64,000 nucleotides of DNA, taken from positions 5,209 to 69,208 of the IMG/VR virus record IMGVR_UViG_3300025162_000006; one strand, 5' to 3'. The notes beneath the pieces were generated by a model, which made no database searches, was not told the origin of the DNA, and worked only from the letters and a program-made list of their open reading frames with translations. This document shows positions 19,602 through 29,136 of the stretch, one piece after another (within the stretch, counting starts at the first letter, position 1; each line of letters opens with the position of its first letter). Made by a program: the position numbers and the translations under genes. Source of the stretch: a virus.

Positions 19602-20855
19602 ATGGCATACAGTCCGATATACAAAGTTAAACTGGCCAAAACCGATCAGGATATTACGGATAAGGTTACAAAACTCCATTACGAAGATTGTACGGAGGAA
19701 GATGATCTCGTCACCATTACACTGGAAAAACTCTCAAATGATTGGATTGATTCAAAAGAGGTAAACAAGGGTGCGGAGATTCATTTTGCGTATGGATTTC
19801 AGGGGGTGGGAATGTCCGGAACACGGATAGGGGTTATTAAGGATTTCGAGGTCGATTACGGAGAGCAAATCAGTGGAACGATAACAGCATTAGATCAGGG
19901 GTATTTGTTCAAGAAACTAACCTCCAATCGAATCTACAAGGATTTAACCACAAGTGAGATAATCACACAAATAGCCAACCAGTTTAATCTACCCTGCGAA
20001 GTTGAACAAACAACCGAAAAGCACAAAGCGCAACCGATGGGTAATAAAACCTATTGGCAATTCTTACAGAAATTAACCGCTCGGGCGGGGTCCACTGATT
20101 CCAAAAAGGGGACGTTCAAATTATTTTTCAGATCAGGGAAATTATATTTCAAGCAAAAGGATTCCGGTAAACCCGCAAAGAGATCGTTTACCTACGGAAA
20201 AGGCGATGGAGTTGTTATCTCATTCAAGCCGAAGTTTACCGAAAAGGATAGTGACACTGCGGGTGCTACGGTGGCCGGTATTGACCCTGAAACAAACACG
20301 CCTTATGTTGCCTCCGCAGATGCGAAGCATACCGAAGAAGTGAAACATGGAGAGGAGCAAGCGCATTTCTCCGTAGATGGAGTTGAAAATCAAACGGGGT
20401 ACTCATTCCCTGACCCTGATGGTGGGAAGTTCAATATCGGAACAATGAAGATGAAGGTAGGGAACAGTAATACCTATGCCGAATCAAAGGTTGAAGTCAA
20501 GGCGAAACAATCAAAGGGAGCGGAAACGGAATTAACCGCCACGCTCACAATTCAGGGAGATGTTTCAATGGAGGCCGATCAGATCATTACGATGTTGGGA
20601 GTAGCTAAAAAACACGCCGGTAACTGGTATGTTACAAAGGTTATTCAGGATGTCGGAGATTCCGGATTCACTACCGAAATTGAGTTAAATAAAACGGGTA
20701 CGAAAAAGAGTGCCAGTGAGACTAAGCAAAAGAATTCCGATGTCAACAAAACAAAGGGAGACGAGAAAGCGGATAAATCAAAAGAGGTTGAACAGGTCCA
20801 TTACACGACTGAGGGATTCAACAAAAAGGGTGGTGGTGCCGGTGGTTCATGGTAA
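19602..20855 (+). CDS. baseplate hub (P2 gpD / VgrG-like)
   Basis: Size, position, TYWQFLQKL and GNWYVTKV motifs. Confidence 0.8.
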   Translation: MAYSPIYKVKLAKTDQDITDKVTKLHYEDCTEEDDLVTITLEKLSNDWIDSKEVNKGAEIHFAYGFQGVGMSGTRIGVIKDFEVDYGEQISGTITALDQGYLFKKLTSNRIYKDLTTSEIITQIANQFNLPCEVEQTTEKHKAQPMGNKTYWQFLQKLTARAGSTDSKKGTFKLFFRSGKLYFKQKDSGKPAKRSFTYGKGDGVVISFKPKFTEKDSDTAGATVAGIDPETNTPYVASADAKHTEEVKHGEEQAHFSVDGVENQTGYSFPDPDGGKFNIGTMKMKVGNSNTYAESKVEVKAKQSKGAETELTATLTIQGDVSMEADQIITMLGVAKKHAGNWYVTKVIQDVGDSGFTTEIELNKTGTKKSASETKQKNSDVNKTKGDEKADKSKEVEQVHYTTEGFNKKGGGAGGSW

Positions 20856-20867
20856 TACAGATAAGAC

Positions 20868-21536
20868 ATGATAAGTGCTGAATTGATTGCATTGTTAATG
20901 GAGGATGGACTGGAACAGTTCGGTTTGTTCTATTCTTCGTATGAGGCACAAGTTTCCGATAATCAAGACCCTGATAAGAGAGGGAGATTAAAAGTGATTT
21001 GTCCAGCCGTATATGGAGATGCAGTCAGTGATTGGGCTTTGCCAAAGGGTATGTTTTCCGGTAACAAAATAGGGTTCTTCGCTCTCCCGCAAATTGGTGA
21101 CCCAGTATGGTTATCATGTCGAAAAGGCGACCCCAAAATACCGATATGGGAGTATGGCGCTTATGCCAAAGATTATGCTCCGGATGGTGCGGATTATAAG
21201 CATTTCGTTTACCGTACTCCAAAGGGTTATATGTTAACGGTGGATGAAGAAAATGATTCCGCAGTATTGACAACACCGGCTGGTTTACTCTTAAACCTCA
21301 ATGAGAAAGACAATGAAGTGTTACTAAAAAAAGCCGAAAAGGATTATATTCGTATTAAGACGAAAATATCAATTTATGCGAATGGGGAAAACTTATTCAA
21401 TACACTGGATAAACTATTGACTGCACTATTAACCCCGATGAATTTGACAACCCCATCAGGGCCCGGGCAGTTTAACCCGAAAGCGGTAAAGGATTTGACA
21501 GAGGTAAAATTATTGATCGCAAAACTATTGGAATAA
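20868..21536 (+). CDS. baseplate spike (gpV / gp5 OB-fold)
   Basis: DNQDPDKRGRLKV...WALP...GFFALPQIGD.VW....GDP. Confidence 0.88.
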   Translation: MISAELIALLMEDGLEQFGLFYSSYEAQVSDNQDPDKRGRLKVICPAVYGDAVSDWALPKGMFSGNKIGFFALPQIGDPVWLSCRKGDPKIPIWEYGAYAKDYAPDGADYKHFVYRTPKGYMLTVDEENDSAVLTTPAGLLLNLNEKDNEVLLKKAEKDYIRIKTKISIYANGENLFNTLDKLLTALLTPMNLTTPSGPGQFNPKAVKDLTEVKLLIAKLLE

Positions 21537-21859
21537 TGCCAGGGGATATACCAAAACTGAAATCTGACATTAAGGCTATCAGTGAAGAACTGAAAACCTA
21601 CGATGGCGTTGCTCCCAAAGATCAGCCGGCAGCTATTGAGTTCAATGCTGACAAGCTATCTCAGGCGATCAGTGAATATGTCACCAGTGTATTAACCGGA
21701 GGCACACTGGTAACCATGGGGGAGGGAGAAAAGAAAACAGGGGTAGATGCCGGCACCATTGGTCAAATGTCTATCACTGACGATTACCTTTACATCTGCG
21801 TTTTATCCGGAGAAATTGGTATTGCGATATGGAAGAAATCAGTATTATTTGCAACATAA
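21536..21859 (+). CDS. hypothetical baseplate/fibre-associated protein
   Basis: C-terminal AGTIGQMSITDDYLYIC...W module shared with ORF 22146. Confidence 0.6.
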   Translation: MPGDIPKLKSDIKAISEELKTYDGVAPKDQPAAIEFNADKLSQAISEYVTSVLTGGTLVTMGEGEKKTGVDAGTIGQMSITDDYLYICVLSGEIGIAIWKKSVLFAT

Positions 21860-21869
21860 AAATAACAGA

Positions 21870-22142
21870 ATGGGAAAGAAGAAGATTACCGTAGATTCCT
21901 CAAAGACACTGGAACTGGTACATAGACAACAGGAAGTTGATACCCTCCTGAAACAAGCGGTTGAAGAAGATAAGGCAAAACTCGTTTCGGTTGAAAAACA
22001 GATCAGGGAGATTTGCGAAAAGAATAATGTTTTTTGCGGGGTGGTCCTTAATATTCAGGACCTTTTGGCGGTTACAGAATTAATGTATCAATCGCATGAA
22101 CCCGTCAGTATTGAGTTTCGTGTAATGTTCAAGGAGGAATAA
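21870..22142 (+). CDS. hypothetical coiled-coil protein
   Basis: Likely start MGKKKITVD at 21870 (in frame with ORF 21747). Confidence 0.6.
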   Translation: MGKKKITVDSSKTLELVHRQQEVDTLLKQAVEEDKAKLVSVEKQIREICEKNNVFCGVVLNIQDLLAVTELMYQSHEPVSIEFRVMFKEE

Positions 22143-22145
22143 ACC

Positions 22146-23252
22146 ATGCCACAGTATGATATTGTTTTAACTCAAAATACCCATGCTACGGGTACGGAAT
22201 ACAGTGAGAAAGTAGTCAACCTCTCAAAAGGTGGATTGATCACTGCAAACGCCAGTAGGGTACCGACTGTTCACGCCGTTGGGGTTGATGGTTATATGCT
22301 TGTCGCAGACAGTTCTCAGGCAACTGGTTTGCGTTGGGCGGTAGTCTCCGGTGGTCACACTCAAAACACTGATACCGGAACAACGGCCGCAGACTGGACT
22401 CTTGACAACGATGGATACAAGGTACACCTGATTGCGGAATCCGCTCAGAAAATGAAGTTAATGAATGATGCTGCGGGTTATGCTGACATTCAGGCTTATG
22501 ACGGTACATTCAATAAGGTTACGGTTGGTTCTGCCTCTCCATCCGGAGCATACGAATTATGTCATAAAACCTATGTTGACGGGTTATTTGCTGCGAATGA
22601 TGCAATGATTTTCAAGGGTACAATTGGCACTGGTGGCACGATCACCATTTCAGCATTTAACGCTCTCACTACCTATAATGCGGGATGGACATACAGGGTT
22701 ATTGAGGCGGGAACGATCAGGGGCGTTGCGTGTGAGATCGGGGATATCGTCATGGTAATTGTAGATCGCACTGGTTCCGGTAATGTCAACGGAGATTTTA
22801 CCGTAGCGCAAACCAATCTCGATGGCGCAGTGATAGGACCGGCCTCGGTTACCGATGGATACCTTGTACTGTTCGATGGAGCAACCGGAAAACTCATTAA
22901 AGCGGGTACTGGTGCGCCTGGAAGTATGGCCTATGCGAATACTACGGACTATGTTCCTAAAACCTTATTCGATGCCTATACGATGCTCTATGCCGACACT
23001 GATAATACTCCCGCAGCTTTAACCATTGGAGCCTCCACGATCGTCGGTAGAAAATCCTCCGGAGGTATTTCAGCATTAACACCGGTTGAAGCGATGAATG
23101 TTTTATTTGTGAGCGCACCGGCGAATAATACCTCTGCCGGTACTGCGGGAATGATCGCATGGGATGGGAACTATTTTTACCTGTGTACATACACTGGTAC
23201 TGCGGGAAACGCAAAGTGGACCAGAACGGTAATGTCAACAATTTGGCCGTAA
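22146..23252 (+). CDS. fibre-like structural protein
   Basis: G/T/A-rich; AMIFKGTIG, GAVIGPAS.TDG.LVLFDG.TGKLIK fibre motifs. Confidence 0.7.
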   Translation: MPQYDIVLTQNTHATGTEYSEKVVNLSKGGLITANASRVPTVHAVGVDGYMLVADSSQATGLRWAVVSGGHTQNTDTGTTAADWTLDNDGYKVHLIAESAQKMKLMNDAAGYADIQAYDGTFNKVTVGSASPSGAYELCHKTYVDGLFAANDAMIFKGTIGTGGTITISAFNALTTYNAGWTYRVIEAGTIRGVACEIGDIVMVIVDRTGSGNVNGDFTVAQTNLDGAVIGPASVTDGYLVLFDGATGKLIKAGTGAPGSMAYANTTDYVPKTLFDAYTMLYADTDNTPAALTIGASTIVGRKSSGGISALTPVEAMNVLFVSAPANNTSAGTAGMIAWDGNYFYLCTYTGTAGNAKWTRTVMSTIWP

Positions 23253-23262
23253 TAATTGAATC

Positions 23263-23736
23263 ATGGCAGCGGGAGACATCAAAGGATACAGGGAGGAATC
23301 AAACGGTTCTTTCACAGAAATAAATCTGAATGACTATTATTCCAACACCTCAAACGGTATTGTAACGGATAAGTTTCCCATTACTTACGATGATCTACGG
23401 AATAATTACCTACAAGACGGTATTGAATTAGTGAATCTCGGAAGTGGGTGGTGGATTGACTTGATTAGTGTTATGGTTTACAGGCCTGATTTAATTGGGG
23501 GTTACTCGGGGGGAGTTGATATTACGATAAAAGTAGGTAGCGGTGCTATTTGTACAATCCCGGGCGCAGATGTAATTACGAATAACACTCACGCCGGAAC
23601 ATACAAAGCCGCAATAACGGAGGGAGCATGCGGTCCTGCAATTATACTTGCACAATCAAACGGCAATTATGATGAAGGCAATGTAAGTAATGAACCGTTC
23701 CTTTTAGTGATTGCATACAGGAAATTTCAACCATGA
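23263..23736 (+). CDS. hypothetical structural protein
   Basis: Beta-rich ORF within the baseplate module. Confidence 0.55.
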   Translation: MAAGDIKGYREESNGSFTEINLNDYYSNTSNGIVTDKFPITYDDLRNNYLQDGIELVNLGSGWWIDLISVMVYRPDLIGGYSGGVDITIKVGSGAICTIPGADVITNNTHAGTYKAAITEGACGPAIILAQSNGNYDEGNVSNEPFLLVIAYRKFQP

Positions 23737-24107
23737 ATGTAGCAGTTAAATATCCGATTCAACCGAATACTACCGGAAAATTAATCATGGTAGATGAACG
23801 GGAGAGTATTATTCAAAGTATTAAGCAGATCCTCCGGACCCCTATCAAAGATCGCTTTTTCAATGAGGGTTACGGTAGTAATTGCCACAAGCTGACATTT
23901 GAACCGAACGATCAGGTATTACATGGTTTACTGAATTACTTTATTGCCGATGCTCTTTACAAGTGGGAGAAACGGATTCGCTTGGTGGATATACTTTTCG
24001 AGCGAATAAGTGAGAATCAGGTTAATTGCGTTTTGCTTTATGTTCGGGTTACGAATAACATACTGGAAACATTTACATACCCTTTTTACAGGGAAATAAT
24101 TTTTTAA
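23733..24107 (+). CDS. baseplate wedge gp25/GPW family
   Basis: SIIQSIKQILRTP..R.FN..YGS....LTFEPN...AL.KWEKRI. Confidence 0.9.
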   Translation: MNVAVKYPIQPNTTGKLIMVDERESIIQSIKQILRTPIKDRFFNEGYGSNCHKLTFEPNDQVLHGLLNYFIADALYKWEKRIRLVDILFERISENQVNCVLLYVRVTNNILETFTYPFYREIIF

Positions 24108-24108
24108 C

Positions 24109-26103
24109 ATGGATAACCCTTGGATTAGTTACATAGACAGGACTTACCAACAGATCAAGAAAGCGATCTTGGATAAGATCATTAACCCCGTTACTGGTAT
24201 CCCTGAAATGGTTGACCATTCAGAGGGTAATGACTTCGTGAAGATGATCGGAATTTGGGCGGGAATCGCAGAAATGCAAGGTTATTATCTCGACAATCGT
24301 GCAAGGGAAACATTCATCACAAAATTACAGTTATTCGAAAGTGCGGTAGAGATCGCAAGGCAAATGGATTACCGCACCAGGGGAGCATACCCGTCTCAGG
24401 GATATGTTCGCTTTACGATTAACTCTACCCATAGCTCACCGATTTCTATTCCCTCCGGTACGGTAGTTAAAACAGATCAGGAGTTACAATTCATCACTAC
24501 GGCCAGCATGGTTATCCCTGCCGGTAGCTTATCGGTACTGGTTCCGGTTAAACAGATGAAGAAAGTAGTTCTCCCGACATTTCAATCTACCGGTTTACCC
24601 GATCAGGTTACGATACTTGAAAAAAAGGTTGTCGATGATTCTACGGAGGTTTGGTCGGGTGGCGAGTGTTACACCTTAACGGAATCGTTTGCGTTCGCTG
24701 TAGGGGTCGCTACACCCTCTGTCGGTTATTTTGACATTGATAACGGTACACAGAATCTCCCCACTGATTCAATAACCTCAATAACCGTTAACGGGGTCCA
24801 GTTGTTATCCTCTCCGGTGGCGTTTACCACGAGCGGAGAATTTACGGCCGGTTTGGTCGCTACCGCAATAACCAATGGCGTAACGGTTCCTGATTATGTT
24901 GCCATCACTTCCGGTAAAAGAGTATTGATCTTTGCAACCACAAAGGGGAGCGGTTCAAACGGGTTGGTCCTTGCGGTTACGGCAACCGCAAACATATCCA
25001 TTGTGAATAAAACAAATTTCAGGGGAGGGGATGATGAATCTGCATACAGGGTTTACAGACCATTCGTGAACAAAGATCAGGTAATGACCATTGAGTTCGG
25101 TAACGGAGTTAACGGTGCAATTCCATCCGGAGACATTGACATCAGTTATTATCTGACTGAGGGGGTTAATGGAAATATGCCGGCCGGTACAATTACAAAG
25201 ATCGTATCCACTATCACACTCCCGCAAGGGAAAACCATTTCGGTAACCAATCCCGAAAATACGCAGGGCGGGATAGATCAGGAGAGTTTGCTCTCAATTC
25301 AGAAGAATCTCCCGCTCTTTATTCGCACAAGGGATAAGGCGGTATCAGAACAGGATTACATTGATATTGCAAGGTTGGCCCCTGGCGTTTACAATGCGAA
25401 GGTTTATTTCGTTTGCGGTAAAACGGTTGGCGTTTATGTTCTCCCTTATGGCGGTGGATTGAGCAATCTCGAATTCCGAAAAAGAGTTTGGGATTATTTT
25501 GAAAATAACCGTAGAATGTTAACCACAAAGGTTGACATAAAACCGGTCGGAGAGGTATTACTCAATTTGTCATTTGATGTTTATGTCAAATCAGGGTATA
25601 ACACTACTGCGGTTCTTCAATCAGTGAGAGACAATTTACTGAATTTGCTTGGTTGGAAAAATGCGGTTATCAAAACAAGGTTATTCATTTCCGATTTATA
25701 CGAAACGGTTGAAACAACAATAGGGGTTAAATCCTCTTATCTAACGGCACTTTCCATTGTTCCCTATGCGGAGTATCAGTTAGAGGGAGATAAGCAGTTA
25801 AACTGGTCCCGTACGCTACTGGATACAGGATTAACGGTAACCGTTTTCAAGATCAGTTTCTTTAACACGACTCAGTTCACCGTTCACCGGAACACGGTTA
25901 ATGTTGGCACCCATTCGGTAGGGGATTTAATCACTTACGAACAGATCAGTTTCACAGTGTTATCGGGGAGTTATTCGGCAAATGATTCATGGATTTTCAG
26001 AACCTATCCGAGCACCGATGTAAATGCCGGTAAGATTGAATTACAGGAGTTTTCGGTTATCACTGCTTACGATGCGAATATCACACTTAATTTGGCGCAG
26101 TAA
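24109..26103 (+). CDS. baseplate J/gp47 family protein
   Basis: YYLDNRARETF, IEFGNGVNG, GG.DQES, RDKAVSEQDY motifs. Confidence 0.9.
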   Translation: MDNPWISYIDRTYQQIKKAILDKIINPVTGIPEMVDHSEGNDFVKMIGIWAGIAEMQGYYLDNRARETFITKLQLFESAVEIARQMDYRTRGAYPSQGYVRFTINSTHSSPISIPSGTVVKTDQELQFITTASMVIPAGSLSVLVPVKQMKKVVLPTFQSTGLPDQVTILEKKVVDDSTEVWSGGECYTLTESFAFAVGVATPSVGYFDIDNGTQNLPTDSITSITVNGVQLLSSPVAFTTSGEFTAGLVATAITNGVTVPDYVAITSGKRVLIFATTKGSGSNGLVLAVTATANISIVNKTNFRGGDDESAYRVYRPFVNKDQVMTIEFGNGVNGAIPSGDIDISYYLTEGVNGNMPAGTITKIVSTITLPQGKTISVTNPENTQGGIDQESLLSIQKNLPLFIRTRDKAVSEQDYIDIARLAPGVYNAKVYFVCGKTVGVYVLPYGGGLSNLEFRKRVWDYFENNRRMLTTKVDIKPVGEVLLNLSFDVYVKSGYNTTAVLQSVRDNLLNLLGWKNAVIKTRLFISDLYETVETTIGVKSSYLTALSIVPYAEYQLEGDKQLNWSRTLLDTGLTVTVFKISFFNTTQFTVHRNTVNVGTHSVGDLITYEQISFTVLSGSYSANDSWIFRTYPSTDVNAGKIELQEFSVITAYDANITLNLAQ

Positions 26104-26720
26104 TGTTTTCCCTGAAAGATAAAATATTCTCCCTGTTCGGTATCAATTCGGTACATGACGATCTGTTCAAGGTGAACGGCAAAGGATTCCTCCAACGGTA
26201 TAACGAAAAACTTGCGGAAGACTTTGACGAAAACGAACTGGATAAGACACATCATTTTTCCAATTATTTGATCAATCCGGATAGCTTGTTAACACGGTTT
26301 ATCCCATTGAGATATGAAAGCATGGGAGGGTATGATTCCGTTCTCGCTTCAATCGGTTTGAGGGAGATTCCCATGAGGCGGGTATTGAAATACATTATTC
26401 CGTTATACAGGAAAAAGGGTACAAAGATCGGTTACATTGCCATGTTCCGGATGATCGGTATTGATGGCACTATTTTGATCGATGAGTACGAATCGGATAA
26501 GGGATTTGATTCACCTATCACATGGGATGATACAGTCCGGAGGTTAGATGGTTCCGATTCTACCTGTTCGGATTATGGTATTCAGCTATTCGGGACCATG
26601 GCGTATTCTGCTGCATTAATGAATGAGATCAGGTCCGTTGTGGAATTCAATGAACCGATCAATGCAAGGCTTGTCAGGTTAACATATAATCAGGTAATTA
26701 TTCCTGAAATTGGCGATTAA
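26103..26720 (+). CDS. baseplate/tail protein I-like
   Basis: IIPLYRKKGTKIG motif after baseplate J. Confidence 0.75.
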   Translation: MFSLKDKIFSLFGINSVHDDLFKVNGKGFLQRYNEKLAEDFDENELDKTHHFSNYLINPDSLLTRFIPLRYESMGGYDSVLASIGLREIPMRRVLKYIIPLYRKKGTKIGYIAMFRMIGIDGTILIDEYESDKGFDSPITWDDTVRRLDGSDSTCSDYGIQLFGTMAYSAALMNEIRSVVEFNEPINARLVRLTYNQVIIPEIGD

Positions 26721-26737
26721 TTTTAATAACTCATATC

Positions 26738-28714
26738 ATGCAAAGAAGAATATTTGAATTCAGGGCAGATGATAAAACCGTAGATTTTAACGGTTCACTG
26801 ATGGGTATTGTTGAGTCAGGCGTTTACAGGGGGTATGATGCTCACTTAATCGCAGGGTTAACACTGGAATTGGTTCACACGCAAAGCGGTGCTACATTTG
26901 TGGATGATACCCCCGCAGTTGTGGAGAATGTCGGGATACTGCGAACAAAGCAAGGAACTGTTATCAGGGAGAGCGCACCGGTGGAGATCACTATTGGCGG
27001 GAACAATTACGGTAGTGGTCACCCATCCACGAGAAACCGTATTGATCTTATCGTTTGCGAACATTGGCATCAGGATATAGTAGATGGAGTACAAGCGATC
27101 TATTACGCTATCCCTGGCACTCAGGCGAGCAATCCAGTTCCTCCCGCACTAACGAACCCGTCAAAACAAATGATTATCGGAACACTATTCCTGCCCGGGA
27201 ATTGTGTTAGCTTGGATACTTACGGAGTGAAGTTCACAAAGGCCTCTCTCCCGCTCAATCCATCACTACCTGATACCGCTTACCCCTGTTATTTTGACGA
27301 GACAAATAAAGTCATCAAAACGGATTATCTTGACAGGGCGTATTACTATATCGTCAGTGGTGGGATTGATTCAGATTATCCGGAGGTTCGGTCGTTTGAT
27401 CTGTTCACAATTCCGAATATGGTTGCAACAATTATTTCAGATCAGAAATATAAATTCGTTTCGGGTTACGGGATAATACTTCAACCGGAGTTAGAGTGGT
27501 CCATTGCGGAGGCGTTTGAGGAAATTCAGGTTTACATGGTTGGGAGTGCTTACGGTGGTTCCTCCGGTAGCTATGTTCTTGTAAACACTGCAAGATTGTA
27601 CAAAAATCAGGTGAATAAACTCTACAAGGCACTCATTGGGAATATTGGAACAACCGGAGTATTGGGAGCGGGAGCTCTCACACTCGAGGCAACGGGAAAC
27701 ATTCAAAAGATAACAGTATCCGGAAATGCTGACCTGAAAAGTATCAATACTTTCGCACAACCGAACACGATCGCCGGATTTGATTCCGGTATGCAGTTAA
27801 TCGTACAGATCAATACCGCAGACAGGATTACCGTAAAACACTTGGCGGCTAACATTACCGCACCATACAAGAACATTTATATCTACGGGAAAAGGGATAT
27901 TGTTTTATCAGGGAACATTACGCTATACCTGTACGAAGATCAGGATAAATTTGTTCTTTTCCAGTGGAATGCAGATGTAGTGATTTCCACTACTGCGGGT
28001 CCGCTCTCAAACCGAAACGGAGTATTCTGCGGAACTGGTTCCAGTGAAACCATTGAGGCATTCAAGGCGCTGATGGTTACCGGAATGTTGAGTAACGATT
28101 TATTGTTCGTTGACGAGATCACTGCGGGAGCAAGTGAGGCCGGTAATAAATTCAGGTACACAGTCAAGATCAGAAACGCTCCTACGGTTGATTCAGATAG
28201 CCAGGGGAGCACTGCGTGGTTAACTTATACCGAACTATCAAATACAAAGAAAACGGGTTGGCAACGCCTTGTAATGACTGAGGATGATGGTTCGGGTTGT
28301 AACGGGGTACTGGTCATTGATTGGGGAAAACTTTCATTAACAGGATACCAGTACGGAACATATAAAGCGGGTGCGCTTTTCGGTATTACTCCATTGTTGA
28401 ATTGGACCGGAGACAATTCAATACCGTTGGTCACGATAACCGGAACCATTGCCGATGTTGACGGTTCCAGTCCGTTGTATGTAGTTGATGCGGGAGAGAA
28501 TGTTGTGGTTACACTGAAAACGATTACCCTTTGCGCAAATAAGTTCACTATTAAAAATGTTAATGGATATGTTTGCAGGGTGGAGAGCGATGTCAGTGAC
28601 CCATTCGGAAACGCTCAGGCTATAACGGTTAACACAAACGGGGGTGCTGCAACCTTTTGGAAGAACGGCGCTAAATTTGAAGTAACCGGAGATTACGAAG
28701 AAATTTATTTGTAA
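26738..28714 (+). CDS. tail fibre (baseplate-proximal)
   Basis: N-terminal RIDLIV...GT.ASNPVPP anchor; beta-rich remainder. Confidence 0.7.
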   Translation: MQRRIFEFRADDKTVDFNGSLMGIVESGVYRGYDAHLIAGLTLELVHTQSGATFVDDTPAVVENVGILRTKQGTVIRESAPVEITIGGNNYGSGHPSTRNRIDLIVCEHWHQDIVDGVQAIYYAIPGTQASNPVPPALTNPSKQMIIGTLFLPGNCVSLDTYGVKFTKASLPLNPSLPDTAYPCYFDETNKVIKTDYLDRAYYYIVSGGIDSDYPEVRSFDLFTIPNMVATIISDQKYKFVSGYGIILQPELEWSIAEAFEEIQVYMVGSAYGGSSGSYVLVNTARLYKNQVNKLYKALIGNIGTTGVLGAGALTLEATGNIQKITVSGNADLKSINTFAQPNTIAGFDSGMQLIVQINTADRITVKHLAANITAPYKNIYIYGKRDIVLSGNITLYLYEDQDKFVLFQWNADVVISTTAGPLSNRNGVFCGTGSSETIEAFKALMVTGMLSNDLLFVDEITAGASEAGNKFRYTVKIRNAPTVDSDSQGSTAWLTYTELSNTKKTGWQRLVMTEDDGSGCNGVLVIDWGKLSLTGYQYGTYKAGALFGITPLLNWTGDNSIPLVTITGTIADVDGSSPLYVVDAGENVVVTLKTITLCANKFTIKNVNGYVCRVESDVSDPFGNAQAITVNTNGGAATFWKNGAKFEVTGDYEEIYL

Positions 28715-28770
28715 CCGCACGATATTTTTTGTTTAATTGTTATCAGTTGAGATAAGACAATACGCAAATT

Positions 28771-29136
28771 ATGGGAACTTTGACCGGAGTGTTTCAGGGA
28801 GAACCTTTCAGGATGAAAATTGTAGAGAGGGATAACGATGGCAACATTGTGGATTTATCCCTGTATGCGAATGTTATCGTTCGTGCGTGGACCCTTGTCA
28901 ACAATATAAAACTTTATTCATTTGTCGCAAAAGATGGTTACGGTCCCATCACTGCATTGAGCAATACGGAATATGAGGTCACCGTTCGGAATTATGAAAC
29001 AAAGACCATGGCACCCGGGCCGTTATTCATTGAGATTTATGTTTGCGATGTGACCGGTACGGAAACCGCAATATTCTCCGGTAAGGTTTGCATGATCTTA
29101 CATTCACACAGTAAAGACGAAGTATCCAATGGTTGA
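28771..29136 (+). CDS. BppU-like adaptor / fibre-associated protein
   Basis: FQGEPF...DG..VDLS beta-sandwich pattern. Confidence 0.5.
   Translation: MGTLTGVFQGEPFRMKIVERDNDGNIVDLSLYANVIVRAWTLVNNIKLYSFVAKDGYGPITALSNTEYEVTVRNYETKTMAPGPLFIEIYVCDVTGTETAIFSGKVCMILHSHSKDEVSNG

Noticed and set aside
12361-26720. Stand-alone contractile injection system or tailocin
   Set aside because: Portal, capsid, neck, replication and lysis genes are contiguous, so this is a phage tail.
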